From Verrucomicrobiota bacterium (GTDB taxonomy: Bacteria > Verrucomicrobiota > Verrucomicrobiia > Limisphaerales > SXQI01): a stretch of DNA of 64,000 nucleotides. Under the pieces are notes generated by a model that saw only the letters and a program-made list of their open reading frames with translations, was not told where the DNA came from and ran no database searches. The stretch lies in NCBI GenBank assembly GCA_033762115.1, contig JANRLX010000134.1:32001-96000 (forward strand), read 5' to 3'. Positions 29,199 through 38,223 of this stretch are shown here, piece after piece (positions within the stretch are counted from its first letter, which is position 1; each line of letters opens with the position of its first letter). A program made the position numbers and the translations under genes.

Positions 29199-29260
29199 GC
29201 CGCGTATTTTGCCTTAAATTCGACACCAACACAAACAAATCGACATTTTCAACTTACCCC

Positions 29261-29483
29261 TTGCGGAAACCGGCAGGTTCATTACTGTTTACCTTGCCTT
29301 GGCGTCGTGAGTGCGGCGCCCGGGAAGGTTTGCTCCTTCCTGATGAGGCTGAGAAAAGAAAGTTAACACGTAACCTAACCTTTAACCTCCGTTGCCCTGC
29401 AACGTCTGGTCACGTTAGGCAATGGAGCCTTCCGGTGCAGATGCACCCCAAGTCTCCCCGTCCCGTAATATAATTATTCAAGT
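29261..29483 (+). promoter_or_regulatory. rpsA promoter and structured ~190-nt 5' leader
   Basis: TTGCGG-N16-TACTGT, three hairpins (29301-29320, 29387-29427, 29434-29447) and an AU-rich SD-less initiation region. Confidence 0.6.
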
Positions 29484-31142
29484 ATGCTGACAATGGAAGA
29501 AGCCATGCGGCAAAGCCCCATGAGCTTTGCTGCCGGTGAAATCGTCAAAGGTATCGTCGTCGAAGTCCGTCCCAAAGAAGTCCTCGTTGATATCGGTTAC
29601 AAGTCTGAAGGATCCATTCCCGGAAATGAATTCGATGACATTAAAGCTGTCAAAATGGGTGATGAACTCGATGTTCTTATCGAGAAGCTCGAAGACAAGG
29701 AAGGAAACGTTGTCCTTTCCAAGGAAAAAGCTGAATTCAAGAAGAATTGGGATAAAATCCTGACCATCTGCAATGAAGGAGGCACCATCAACGGCAAAGT
29801 CAAAGCTGTGGTCAAGGGTGGCCTTCTCGTCAATATTGGGGTTGAAGCATTCCTCCCCGCCTCTCAGATCGATGTCGTTCCGCCAAAGAATCTCAATGGG
29901 TTCGTGGGGAATACTTATGAATTTAAAGTCGTCAAGATCAACCAGGAACGGCAGAATATCGTTCTTTCCCGCCGTGAGTTGATCGAGCAGGAACGCACCG
30001 AAAAACGTTCCAAACTCCTTGGCGAAATGATGCCTGGCGATATCCGCAAGGGCACTGTCAAGAACATTACTGATTTCGGCGCATTCATTGACCTCAACGG
30101 CCTGGATGGTCTTCTCCATATCACCGATATGAGCTGGGGCCGAATTGGTCATCCTTCTGAAATCCTCAAGGTCGGCCAGGACATTGATGTTGTCGTCCTC
30201 GATATTAATCGTGAAAAGGAACGGGTCAGCCTCGGGCTCAAGCAGAAGCTGGCAAATCCGTGGGACGCCATCGAAGGCAAGTACCCTGTTGGCACCCGCG
30301 TCAAAGGCAAGGTTGTCAACCTCATGCCGTACGGCGCATTTGTCGAGATCGAGCCAGGTGTGGAAGGGCTTGTTCACGTTACGGAGCTCTCCTGGACCAA
30401 ACGCATTGCAAAACCAGGCGATGTTCTCAAGCAGGACCAGGAAATTGAAGCGGTCGTTCTCGGAATGAACCGGGACGAGCAGAAAATTTCTCTCGGCGTG
30501 CGCCAGTTGGAAACCAATCCGTGGGACAAAGCCACCGAGAAATATCCTCCGGGCACGAAGGTCAAAGGCAAGATTCGCAATTTGACCAGCTATGGCGCTT
30601 TCATTGAATTGGAAGATGGTCTCGACGGCATGATCCATGTCTCTGACATTTCATGGACCCGCAAAATCAATCATCCTTCGGAAGTCCTCAAGAAGGGTGA
30701 CGAAGTGGAAGCCGTGGTCCTTGAAATCGACAAGGCCAACCAACGGATCGGAATGGGCCTCAAGCAGCTTGCTGAAGACCCTTGGGCCAACATTGACAAG
30801 TATTACAAGGTTGGCGACCTGGTGAATGGCAAAGTCACCAAACTCGCCAGCTTCGGCGCGTTTGTGGGTCTCGCACACGATATTGATGGTCTGGTTCATA
30901 TCTCCCAGATCAGCGAAGATCGCGTTGATAAGATCAAAAACGTGCTCAAGCCTGAGCAGGAAGTCACCGCTCGCGTCATCAAGATTGACCGTGGCGAACG
31001 CCGAATTGGTTTGTCGATCAAGGCTGCCAACTACTCTCCTGAACAGTTGAAGGCTGAACAGGCTGCCCTGGATGCGCTCAAGCCCGGCGAAGATCTCGTC
31101 GCTCTCCAGCACGCGTTTGACGCTGCTGACGAATCCAAGTAA
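29484..31142 (+). CDS. rpsA: 30S ribosomal protein S1
   Basis: Six S1 repeats (DIGYKSEG, AFLPASQ, DFGAFIDL..DGLLHITDMSW, etc.). Confidence 0.98.
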   Translation: MLTMEEAMRQSPMSFAAGEIVKGIVVEVRPKEVLVDIGYKSEGSIPGNEFDDIKAVKMGDELDVLIEKLEDKEGNVVLSKEKAEFKKNWDKILTICNEGGTINGKVKAVVKGGLLVNIGVEAFLPASQIDVVPPKNLNGFVGNTYEFKVVKINQERQNIVLSRRELIEQERTEKRSKLLGEMMPGDIRKGTVKNITDFGAFIDLNGLDGLLHITDMSWGRIGHPSEILKVGQDIDVVVLDINREKERVSLGLKQKLANPWDAIEGKYPVGTRVKGKVVNLMPYGAFVEIEPGVEGLVHVTELSWTKRIAKPGDVLKQDQEIEAVVLGMNRDEQKISLGVRQLETNPWDKATEKYPPGTKVKGKIRNLTSYGAFIELEDGLDGMIHVSDISWTRKINHPSEVLKKGDEVEAVVLEIDKANQRIGMGLKQLAEDPWANIDKYYKVGDLVNGKVTKLASFGAFVGLAHDIDGLVHISQISEDRVDKIKNVLKPEQEVTARVIKIDRGERRIGLSIKAANYSPEQLKAEQAALDALKPGEDLVALQHAFDAADESK

Positions 31143-31158
31143 GTCTCCTTTTTGCACA

Positions 31159-31189
31159 GGGGGCGTCCGGCAACCGGGCGCCCTTTTTT
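31159..31189 (+). terminator. Intrinsic terminator after rpsA
   Basis: GGGCGTCCGG-CAA-CCGGGCGCCC followed by T6. Confidence 0.85.
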
Positions 31190-31249
31190 ATTTTCTCCCA
31201 TCGGGAAATCTTGGATCATCCAGCCACGCGATCATATAATTGCCAATAA

Positions 31250-31990
31250 ATGAACGAGAAATCTTCTGTGGGACGAGTTGATGGCCGCAAAGCCGGTGAA
31301 CTGCGTTCCATTCGCTTTTTGAACCATATCGCGCCGAATGCCACAGGTTCCACCCTCATCGAATGGGGGAATACCCGTGTCATTTGTGGCGTCACTGTCG
31401 AGGAGATCGTTCCCCGCTGGATGAAGGAGCAAAACGTTAGCGGTGGATGGATCACAGCGGAGTATTCCATGCTCCCTTATTCCACTCACACCCGCAAAGC
31501 CCGCGATATTACCAAGGGAAAAATCGATGGACGTTCCCAGGAAATTCAGCGCCTGATCGGGCGGGCGATCCGTGCCGCTGTCGATCTCGAAAAACTGGGC
31601 CCGCGCACTCTCTGGATTGATTGCGATGTGCTGCAGGCTGATGGAGGCACCCGGACTGCCGCCATAACCGGTAGTTTCGTTGCCCTTGCGTTGGCAATGC
31701 AACGCCTGGTCGCGGAAGGAAAGTTAAAATCCAGTCCGGTCATCTGCGCAGTTGCTGCGATCAGTGTGGGGTTGGTGAATGACCAGCCTCTCCTTGACCT
31801 CGCTTTTACGGAAGATGTAGCAGCGCAGGTGGATATGAATATTGTGATGAGTGATCGGGGAGAATTCATTGAATTACAGGGGACAGGCGAAGAATCAACC
31901 TTCAGCGAACCCCAGCTTGCTTCAATGCTGGCGCTCGGAAAAGCAGGCATTCAATCCCTGTTGCAGTTGCAGCGGACCGCACTCGCGTAA
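31250..31990 (+). CDS. rph: Ribonuclease PH
   Basis: RVDGR, GWITAEYSMLP, GRSQEIQRLIGR, DCDVLQADGGTRTAAITG, ELQGTGE. Confidence 0.97.
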   Translation: MNEKSSVGRVDGRKAGELRSIRFLNHIAPNATGSTLIEWGNTRVICGVTVEEIVPRWMKEQNVSGGWITAEYSMLPYSTHTRKARDITKGKIDGRSQEIQRLIGRAIRAAVDLEKLGPRTLWIDCDVLQADGGTRTAAITGSFVALALAMQRLVAEGKLKSSPVICAVAAISVGLVNDQPLLDLAFTEDVAAQVDMNIVMSDRGEFIELQGTGEESTFSEPQLASMLALGKAGIQSLLQLQRTALA

Positions 31991-32234
31991 AAACTGGCTG
32001 AGGAAGGATTCATGTGAAATCTTCAGCCTGAGAGGCTGGAAATCCCAAATCGAAACCAACGTCGTTCGATGGTGTTAAATCAGGAGCACTCCAGATTTCC
32101 TCTGGATTGTGTAACTACTGTCATGTGAAGGAAGTCTATGACATCAAGGCGTGTTGTTTGGAATAAAGCGACCGCACAAGACATCTCCTTGATTTGGAGT
32201 CGTCAAGGAATGACATTTATTAATCGGTGATGTG

Positions 32235-33578
32235 ATGAATCTTATTGCAAGAACTATCCTCGTGATATTGTTTTGCTTTTCCTTCAGCGGATTTGCGGAG
32301 GAGAACTTGATTCGATGGCATCCAGTGCAAAACAAGCTGGATGCTGCAATCAGTGATTTGTCCGTTAACGAGGCTTTAAGCCGGCTTGCTTCCGCCACAC
32401 GCTGGAAAATTTATGTTCAGCCAGGGCTTCAAAAACAGGTTAATGTAAAATTTCAAGGCGTCTCTTCCGGCGAGGGATTAAGGTTGCTTCTGGGAAGTTT
32501 AAATTACGCTTTGCTGCCTGGACCTAACGGAACCAAAAAGCTTTTTATTTTTGATCGGACAGCGGATCAGGCGACACAGTTTATTAAAAGCACCCTTGAA
32601 CCGTCCAAAGCCAGGGACTGGCTCAAAAAGGAAGTGATCATCAGTCTTTCTCCCGACTCAACCCTCGATCCTGATAAACTGGCGAAGGAATTGGGTGGAA
32701 AGGTGGTTGGGCGCGCCGATGAGATGAAATCGTATCGATTGCAATTTGAATCAGAGGAAATGGCCCAAAACGCCCGTGAAAAATTTGCAGAGATGGAGGA
32801 TGTCAGGACCGATCATAATTTTGCGGTTGAGCAACCGATTCAAAGAGAGAGAACCTTGAATTCTCAAGGTTTGCCGCAGATCCAGCCGAGTTCCAGTTCA
32901 GGGGAGGGAGTCCGTGTGGCGATCATTGATACTGCCCTGCAACCGCTGGAGGGTCAGGCCGCATCTTTCCTTGGTTCGGTAACGCATGTGGCTGGCCAAC
33001 CAGGCGAATTTCCAGCAGAACCGACCCATGCCACCAGCATGTTTCATACGTTTCTGAATACATGGGCGTCGCTTTCTGAAAGTGGGGCCTCGCCGCTTGT
33101 GATCGATGTGATTGATGTGTACGGAGCTAATGTTTCCTCATCCACTTTTGAAGTAGCCAAAGGACTCCAGGTCGCGATCAAACAAGGCGCGGATATCGTA
33201 AACATGAGTTTGGGCGGGGATGGGCAGAGCTTGATCGTGGATGAATTGATTGCCCTGGGCACTGCGCGGGGGACAATGTTTTTAGGTGCTGCAGGCAATG
33301 CTCCAACAGGGCAGCCCACATACCCTGCCGCCAACCCGTTGGTGCTTGCGGTCACCACACCTGCATCGTACGCGAATAAAGCGGATTTTGTTGATCTCGT
33401 TGGGCCAGCCCGCAGCATGATTGAATATGGGGGACAAAAATGGATTATATCGGGCACCTCTCCCGGCACGGCCAGTATGAGCGCATTGGCGGCATATTAC
33501 AGGAGCAAAGGGCTTTCCCCAACCCAGGTGGAGGGAGTGCTCCGTCAGACCCATTCTTATAATGCGGGCGTGAAGTGA
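32235..33578 (+). CDS. Exported S8 protease with N-terminal secretin/TonB short-N-terminal (STN)-like domain
   Basis: Signal peptide; SVNEALSRLASAT..IYVQPG..VNVKF..EGLRLLL; triad IIDT / THAT / SGTS, AAGN. Confidence 0.8.
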   Translation: MNLIARTILVILFCFSFSGFAEENLIRWHPVQNKLDAAISDLSVNEALSRLASATRWKIYVQPGLQKQVNVKFQGVSSGEGLRLLLGSLNYALLPGPNGTKKLFIFDRTADQATQFIKSTLEPSKARDWLKKEVIISLSPDSTLDPDKLAKELGGKVVGRADEMKSYRLQFESEEMAQNAREKFAEMEDVRTDHNFAVEQPIQRERTLNSQGLPQIQPSSSSGEGVRVAIIDTALQPLEGQAASFLGSVTHVAGQPGEFPAEPTHATSMFHTFLNTWASLSESGASPLVIDVIDVYGANVSSSTFEVAKGLQVAIKQGADIVNMSLGGDGQSLIVDELIALGTARGTMFLGAAGNAPTGQPTYPAANPLVLAVTTPASYANKADFVDLVGPARSMIEYGGQKWIISGTSPGTASMSALAAYYRSKGLSPTQVEGVLRQTHSYNAGVK

Positions 33579-33618
33579 GGAACGATGACTTCTTCGCTCA
33601 ATTGAGAGCATCGTCAAA

Positions 33619-34245
33619 ATGAATCAGCGCAATTTCAAAGTGGCTTTTTCGTTGATGCTTCCAGTCCTCCTGAATTGTTCGGCAAACACTAATTTGCTGC
33701 AAAAAATTTCTTCGCACGAGTTCGCGCTTGGAACGGTGTTGATTAACACGAAGAATCGTTCGGTCACAATTCCAGCCGAATTCAACATGCGGGAAGGTTT
33801 GGTGGAATATTTATTGGTGCATGAAACAGGCAAAGTTCACGAAAGTTTGCTCAAGACGGCCGCTTCCCCGCTGCAAATTCATCTGGCGATTCTGATGCTG
33901 ACAGGAGGTGCGACCAATTTGCTCAACTCGAATATTTTATCTTCTGTGTTGATTCAGGCCACGAACGATGTTGCGATAAGCGCCACGTCTTTAATCAAGG
34001 ACCGTCGAAAGGAGATTTCAATGCAGACGAATTCTTTTCATTATCGTGGATCTAGGAGCGTGAATGGAACGTTCCTCGCAGAGCGGGATGGATCAATCAT
34101 CGCAGTGATTGGCGATCCGGATGCGCTGATGGACAACCGGTTCAGTTCTCCTCAGGATGATGAAAACTGGTCCATTCAGACGAATGCCCCAACGATTGGC
34201 ACAAAGGCAATGGTTGTTTTAAATTTTGCCTCACCCGAACTATGA
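33619..34245 (+). CDS. YdjY-like exported protein
   Basis: FNMREGLVEYLLV...GKVHESLL...PLQIHLAIL, GSIIAV; signal-like N-terminus. Confidence 0.7.
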   Translation: MNQRNFKVAFSLMLPVLLNCSANTNLLQKISSHEFALGTVLINTKNRSVTIPAEFNMREGLVEYLLVHETGKVHESLLKTAASPLQIHLAILMLTGGATNLLNSNILSSVLIQATNDVAISATSLIKDRRKEISMQTNSFHYRGSRSVNGTFLAERDGSIIAVIGDPDALMDNRFSSPQDDENWSIQTNAPTIGTKAMVVLNFASPEL

Positions 34246-35381
34246 AAAAGCTCCTTGTTCTTTCCATTTTTTGCACAGTAATTTCTCTGAAGGCGGCTGC
34301 GCCAGTTGATGCTCCAGTCCTCCAACGAAATGAATCGTTGCGGCATGAACTCAACAGGTCGGCTGAACGGGCCAAAAAATGGTTGCTTGCACAACAGCAG
34401 ACCAATGGCGCCTGGTCAACTCCAGACCATCCTGCCGTTACCGGACTTGCGATGGCCGCGATCAGCCGGTTCAAGGAAGCGGAAGATGCCGCAGCACTGG
34501 ATCGAGGCCTGGGCTACTTGAAAAGCTGTGTGCAGACCAACGGGGCCATTTTTAAAAAGTCAGAACTGATCAATTATAACACCAGTGTCTCGCTGCTGGG
34601 CTTTTTGGCCCACAAGCCAACGGAACACCGGGAAATTATCCAGAGAGCGAATAATTTCCTCGTGGGAAGCCAGATCTCGCCTGACAACAAGGCGGGCGCT
34701 GTTTTTGTGGGAGGAGTTGGCTATGGCAGCAAATACAGCCACTCTGACATGGGAAATACGCTGCACGCGTTGGAAGCGATTCATTATGCGCAGACATTTC
34801 TTCGTCGGGAGGGAGCCTCTGATTTTGATCAATTGAACGTTGCTGCTGCAATAGAATTTCTCCAGAACTGCCAAAATCTCCCGAGTCATAATAAACAAGC
34901 ATGGGTGTCAGGTGACCCACAAAATATTGGTGGCTTCATTTATTACCCCGGCCATTCCATGGCAGGTTCAACCAATCTTTCATCGGGAAGAACAGCGCTT
35001 CGCTCCTACGGCAGCGTGAGCTACGCAGGATTGTTGAGTTATATTTATACCGATCTCAAAGCGGAAGATCCACGAGTCAAAGCGGTGATCGAATGGCTGG
35101 AAAAAAATTATACGCTGGAGGAAAACCCGGGCATGGAACAGCAGGGGCTTTATTATTATTTTCATACAATGGCAAAAGCCTTGACCGCAGCGGGAATGGA
35201 AACAATTCAAACACCAGCCGGGTCAGTCAAGTGGAGAGAGCAGTTGCTGTCGCGCCTTATGAATCTGCAGCAGGCAGATGGTTCGTGGGTGAATACAAAT
35301 GCGAGATGGTGGGAAAAGGACCCGGTGCTTGTGACCAGTTATATGCTGATTGCCTTAAGTCAGATTTCCGAGGGCATTTAA
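34242..35381 (+). CDS. Exported prenyltransferase/squalene-oxidase-repeat (alpha/alpha barrel) protein
   Basis: Signal peptide; QW-like motifs WLLAQQQTNGAW and LQQADGSW; YGSVSYAGL, GLYYYF; no DXDD cyclase motif. Confidence 0.8.
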   Translation: MKKLLVLSIFCTVISLKAAAPVDAPVLQRNESLRHELNRSAERAKKWLLAQQQTNGAWSTPDHPAVTGLAMAAISRFKEAEDAAALDRGLGYLKSCVQTNGAIFKKSELINYNTSVSLLGFLAHKPTEHREIIQRANNFLVGSQISPDNKAGAVFVGGVGYGSKYSHSDMGNTLHALEAIHYAQTFLRREGASDFDQLNVAAAIEFLQNCQNLPSHNKQAWVSGDPQNIGGFIYYPGHSMAGSTNLSSGRTALRSYGSVSYAGLLSYIYTDLKAEDPRVKAVIEWLEKNYTLEENPGMEQQGLYYYFHTMAKALTAAGMETIQTPAGSVKWREQLLSRLMNLQQADGSWVNTNARWWEKDPVLVTSYMLIALSQISEGI

Positions 35382-35385
35382 TTTT

Positions 35386-36405
35386 TCAGGCCGGATCGGA
35401 GTTCCTGCATTCAGTTCCGTTCAGGAACGGCTTGCCTTGTTGAAATCGAATCAGATTTTCGGTAGTGACCCTGGCAATTTCCCGGAGCGCTTCCTCTGTG
35501 AGAAAAGCCTGATGGGCAGTGATCAGCACGTTGGGAAAGGTAAGCAGCCGCCCTAACTCATCATCAAGCAGGACCTCCCCGGAATGATCTTCAAAAAAGA
35601 GGTTTTCCTCTTCTTCATAGACATCCAGGGCAACGCCGCCAAGCCGCCCGGACTTAAGGGCTTCGATCAATGCCCTGGTTTCAATCAATTTTCCGCGGCT
35701 GGTGTTTATCAGAAAGGCTCCCTTCTTAATTGCTTCAAATGAACGTGCATTCAGGAGGTAATGAGTAGCCGGTGTCAAAGGGACGTGCAGGGAAACGATA
35801 TCACTTTGAGCGATCAACGAATTTAAATCGGTGTATTCCACCCCGTGTTCACTGGCCCAGGAAGGGTCCGGAAACGGATCGTAAGCAAGAACAGAAGTTT
35901 GGAATCCTTTGAAAATCTGCCCTACCAGCTTGCCTATCTTGCCAGTGCCCACGATTCCAACCGTCTTTCGATAAAGATCAAACCCGACCAACCCATTCAG
36001 GGAAAAATTCAACTCGCGGACCCGGTTGTAAGCTCGATGAATTTTCCGATTCAAGGTGAGCAGCAGGCCAACCGTGTGTTCGGCAACTGCATGTGGCGAA
36101 TAAGCCGGGACACGAATCACTGAAATTCCGCAACGTTCTGCAGCGTTCAGGTCAACGTTGTTAAATCCAGCGCAACGCATTGCGATAATCCTGACACCTG
36201 CCTGGCGGAGTGCTTCAATTGCGGTGGCATCGACGCGGTCATTAACAAAGACGCAAACTGCTGTGGCACCCGTGGCGGAGGCAGCGGTTTCGCTGGTCAG
36301 GCGAAATTCATGAAAACGCCAGGTAATGGAACTTTTTTCAGCAGCTTCGTTAAAGAAGTGCCGATCGTAAGGTTTTGCATTGTACAAAGCGACGGTCAGT
36401 TCCAT
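35386..36405 (-). CDS. ldhA: Fermentative D-lactate dehydrogenase (D-2-hydroxyacid dehydrogenase)
   Basis: RCAGFNNVD, RVPAYSPHAVAEH, GTGKIG, INTSRG, LDVYEEE, HQAFLT; ATG 36405 preferred over 36522. Confidence 0.92.
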   Translation of the reverse strand: MELTVALYNAKPYDRHFFNEAAEKSSITWRFHEFRLTSETAASATGATAVCVFVNDRVDATAIEALRQAGVRIIAMRCAGFNNVDLNAAERCGISVIRVPAYSPHAVAEHTVGLLLTLNRKIHRAYNRVRELNFSLNGLVGFDLYRKTVGIVGTGKIGKLVGQIFKGFQTSVLAYDPFPDPSWASEHGVEYTDLNSLIAQSDIVSLHVPLTPATHYLLNARSFEAIKKGAFLINTSRGKLIETRALIEALKSGRLGGVALDVYEEEENLFFEDHSGEVLLDDELGRLLTFPNVLITAHQAFLTEEALREIARVTTENLIRFQQGKPFLNGTECRNSDPA

Positions 36406-36525
36406 TGGGCTATAGTTTAAACGTGATCGCAGCCAAAATGCCCGATCAAAATTTAGACAAGGCAAAACGTGGGGTTCTCCAAAGGCTTGCAAAAATTCAT
36501 TATCTTTCCATGATTCATTCAATCT

Positions 36526-37197
36526 ATGAACGTGAAACGACTTGTTCTTGCTTCCCTTGCCGCAGCGGTTTTCAGCACCTCAATCATGGCTGGAGAATGG
36601 ATAGTTCTATTTGATGGAAAACCTACCGACAAACTTCGCGGCTACAAGCAAACCGGATTTCCCAAGGAGAACTGGGTTATTGATGGTGATGCTTTGAAGA
36701 CAGTTCCAGGCAAGGCAGTGGATCTCGTAACAGTGGAAAAATTTCAAAATTATGAACTGGAACTGGAATGGAAAGTCCAGCCAGCCGGAAACAGTGGTGT
36801 GATTTACAACGTCGTTGAAGGACCGGGTGCCACTTATATGACCGGGCCGGAAATGCAGGTGTTGGATGATGATAAGCATCCAGACGGCAAAAACCCGAAA
36901 ACATCATCTGGTTCCCTTTATGCAATGGTCGCTCCCAACGGGGAAAAATCCCTCAAGCCTGTTGGACAATGGAACAGCGCCAAACTTCTGATCAAGGACA
37001 ACCATGTGGAGCATTGGCTCAATGGAAAAAAAGTCGTGGAATACAAATGGGGTAGTGATGAAATGAAGGAATGGATCAAAAACAGCAAATTCAAGGACAT
37101 GACTGATTTTGCCAAGAGCACAAACGGCGGCCACATTGCCTTTCAGCATCATGGAGAAGAAGTGTGGTATCGCAATATTCGGATTCGCAAGTTGTAA
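36526..37197 (+). CDS. DUF1080 / 3-keto-disaccharide hydrolase family, exported
   Basis: Signal peptide; LFDGK, ELEWK..GNSGV, EMQVLDD, GQWN, HWLNG, GHIAFQHHG..YRNIRI. Confidence 0.92.
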   Translation: MNVKRLVLASLAAAVFSTSIMAGEWIVLFDGKPTDKLRGYKQTGFPKENWVIDGDALKTVPGKAVDLVTVEKFQNYELELEWKVQPAGNSGVIYNVVEGPGATYMTGPEMQVLDDDKHPDGKNPKTSSGSLYAMVAPNGEKSLKPVGQWNSAKLLIKDNHVEHWLNGKKVVEYKWGSDEMKEWIKNSKFKDMTDFAKSTNGGHIAFQHHGEEVWYRNIRIRKL

Positions 37198-37215
37198 TCC
37201 AAAGCTGGATTTGTG

Positions 37216-37246
37216 AACGGCCGGAGAAATTTCCGGCCGTTTTTTT
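37216..37246 (+). terminator. Intrinsic terminator after DUF1080 gene
   Basis: AACGGCCGGA...TCCGGCCGTT hairpin with T7. Confidence 0.85.
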
Positions 37247-37445
37247 GCGCCCTGATATCAAGCAGGGTGGAAATTCCCGTATGATCAATTAAGGGTAGCG
37301 TGAGGTTGCCCTCCAGTGTTCCAATTGTAAGTTCCTTTCAGATGAAGGGATTGCCAGAGGTGAATCTTCAAAAGCAGGAATGGATTCTGCTACTTCAGAT
37401 TTTGACAAAGGTTCAGCGCTGGACAGCGCCTGTCGATAAGGAAAT

Positions 37446-38168
37446 ATGAAAGTGATTCAGCCAAATTGCCGGATCCAATTCACTGGGGAAGACATCAGTT
37501 TCATTCTAAAATCCCTGGGGCGGGATGAGCGGGATCGAGAAATGCTCACGAAGTTGCTGACGGATGAAGAGAGTCGCGACCTGATCCTTGATGATGATGC
37601 CATCTTCCGCTCCTTGTTGGAGACAACTCATTGCCTGCCGGTTTCAACTCATTTCTACTTTTACATTCTGGTCAGGAATGTGCTCAAAAAATCGGGCATC
37701 CAGGAGCGAGAGGTCGCTGATTACGTTGCAGAAGTGCTGGCTGAATTTTCGCAGGCTGAGCAAGTTGAATGCAGGTTGCCCGGACGCAAGGAAAGCATCG
37801 ATTATTTTTTTGAAATGATTGCCGCTTTGCAAAAGGCCGATGAGCTGACGAGTTTTTATCTCAGGCAGCATATCGGAAACCAGTCATTGTTTCTGTCAGG
37901 GATCTTTCCACAACGAATTCGGTATCGCGCCGAGTTCAAGGGATTTCCTGATCTTTCCTATTATGAGGAATTGGGAAGAATGAATTTTAGGGTGGCGAGC
38001 GATCATCGCCTGGCTTCACGATATGATCTTTCACGGATTTTTACCACGCTGGCCGAGCATTTTCATGCAGCGAGGCTGGCGTTGAATGATTTGACGGATC
38101 GTTTGTTTACAATGGATAACCATCACGAAATGGATCGTTTACTGAAACGCGGGGTAATCGGGATTTAA
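37446..38168 (+). CDS. Hypothetical helical cytoplasmic protein
   Basis: 240-aa ORF with AAGGA SD; motifs GNQSLFLSGIFP and YYEELG; no function recognised. Confidence 0.75.
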   Translation: MKVIQPNCRIQFTGEDISFILKSLGRDERDREMLTKLLTDEESRDLILDDDAIFRSLLETTHCLPVSTHFYFYILVRNVLKKSGIQEREVADYVAEVLAEFSQAEQVECRLPGRKESIDYFFEMIAALQKADELTSFYLRQHIGNQSLFLSGIFPQRIRYRAEFKGFPDLSYYEELGRMNFRVASDHRLASRYDLSRIFTTLAEHFHAARLALNDLTDRLFTMDNHHEMDRLLKRGVIGI

Positions 38169-38223
38169 TGAAGTAATGTCGCGCTCACCTTTCTGTTGAG
38201 AAAATAGGGCGGTAAAGCGATGG

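Noticed and set aside
29478..31157. Long antisense ORFs opposite rpsA (386 and 168 aa)
   Set aside because: Typical shadow of strong codon bias in a highly expressed gene; no protein-like motifs.
34242..35381. Squalene-hopene cyclase
   Set aside because: Half the expected size, exported, and lacking the DXDD motif.
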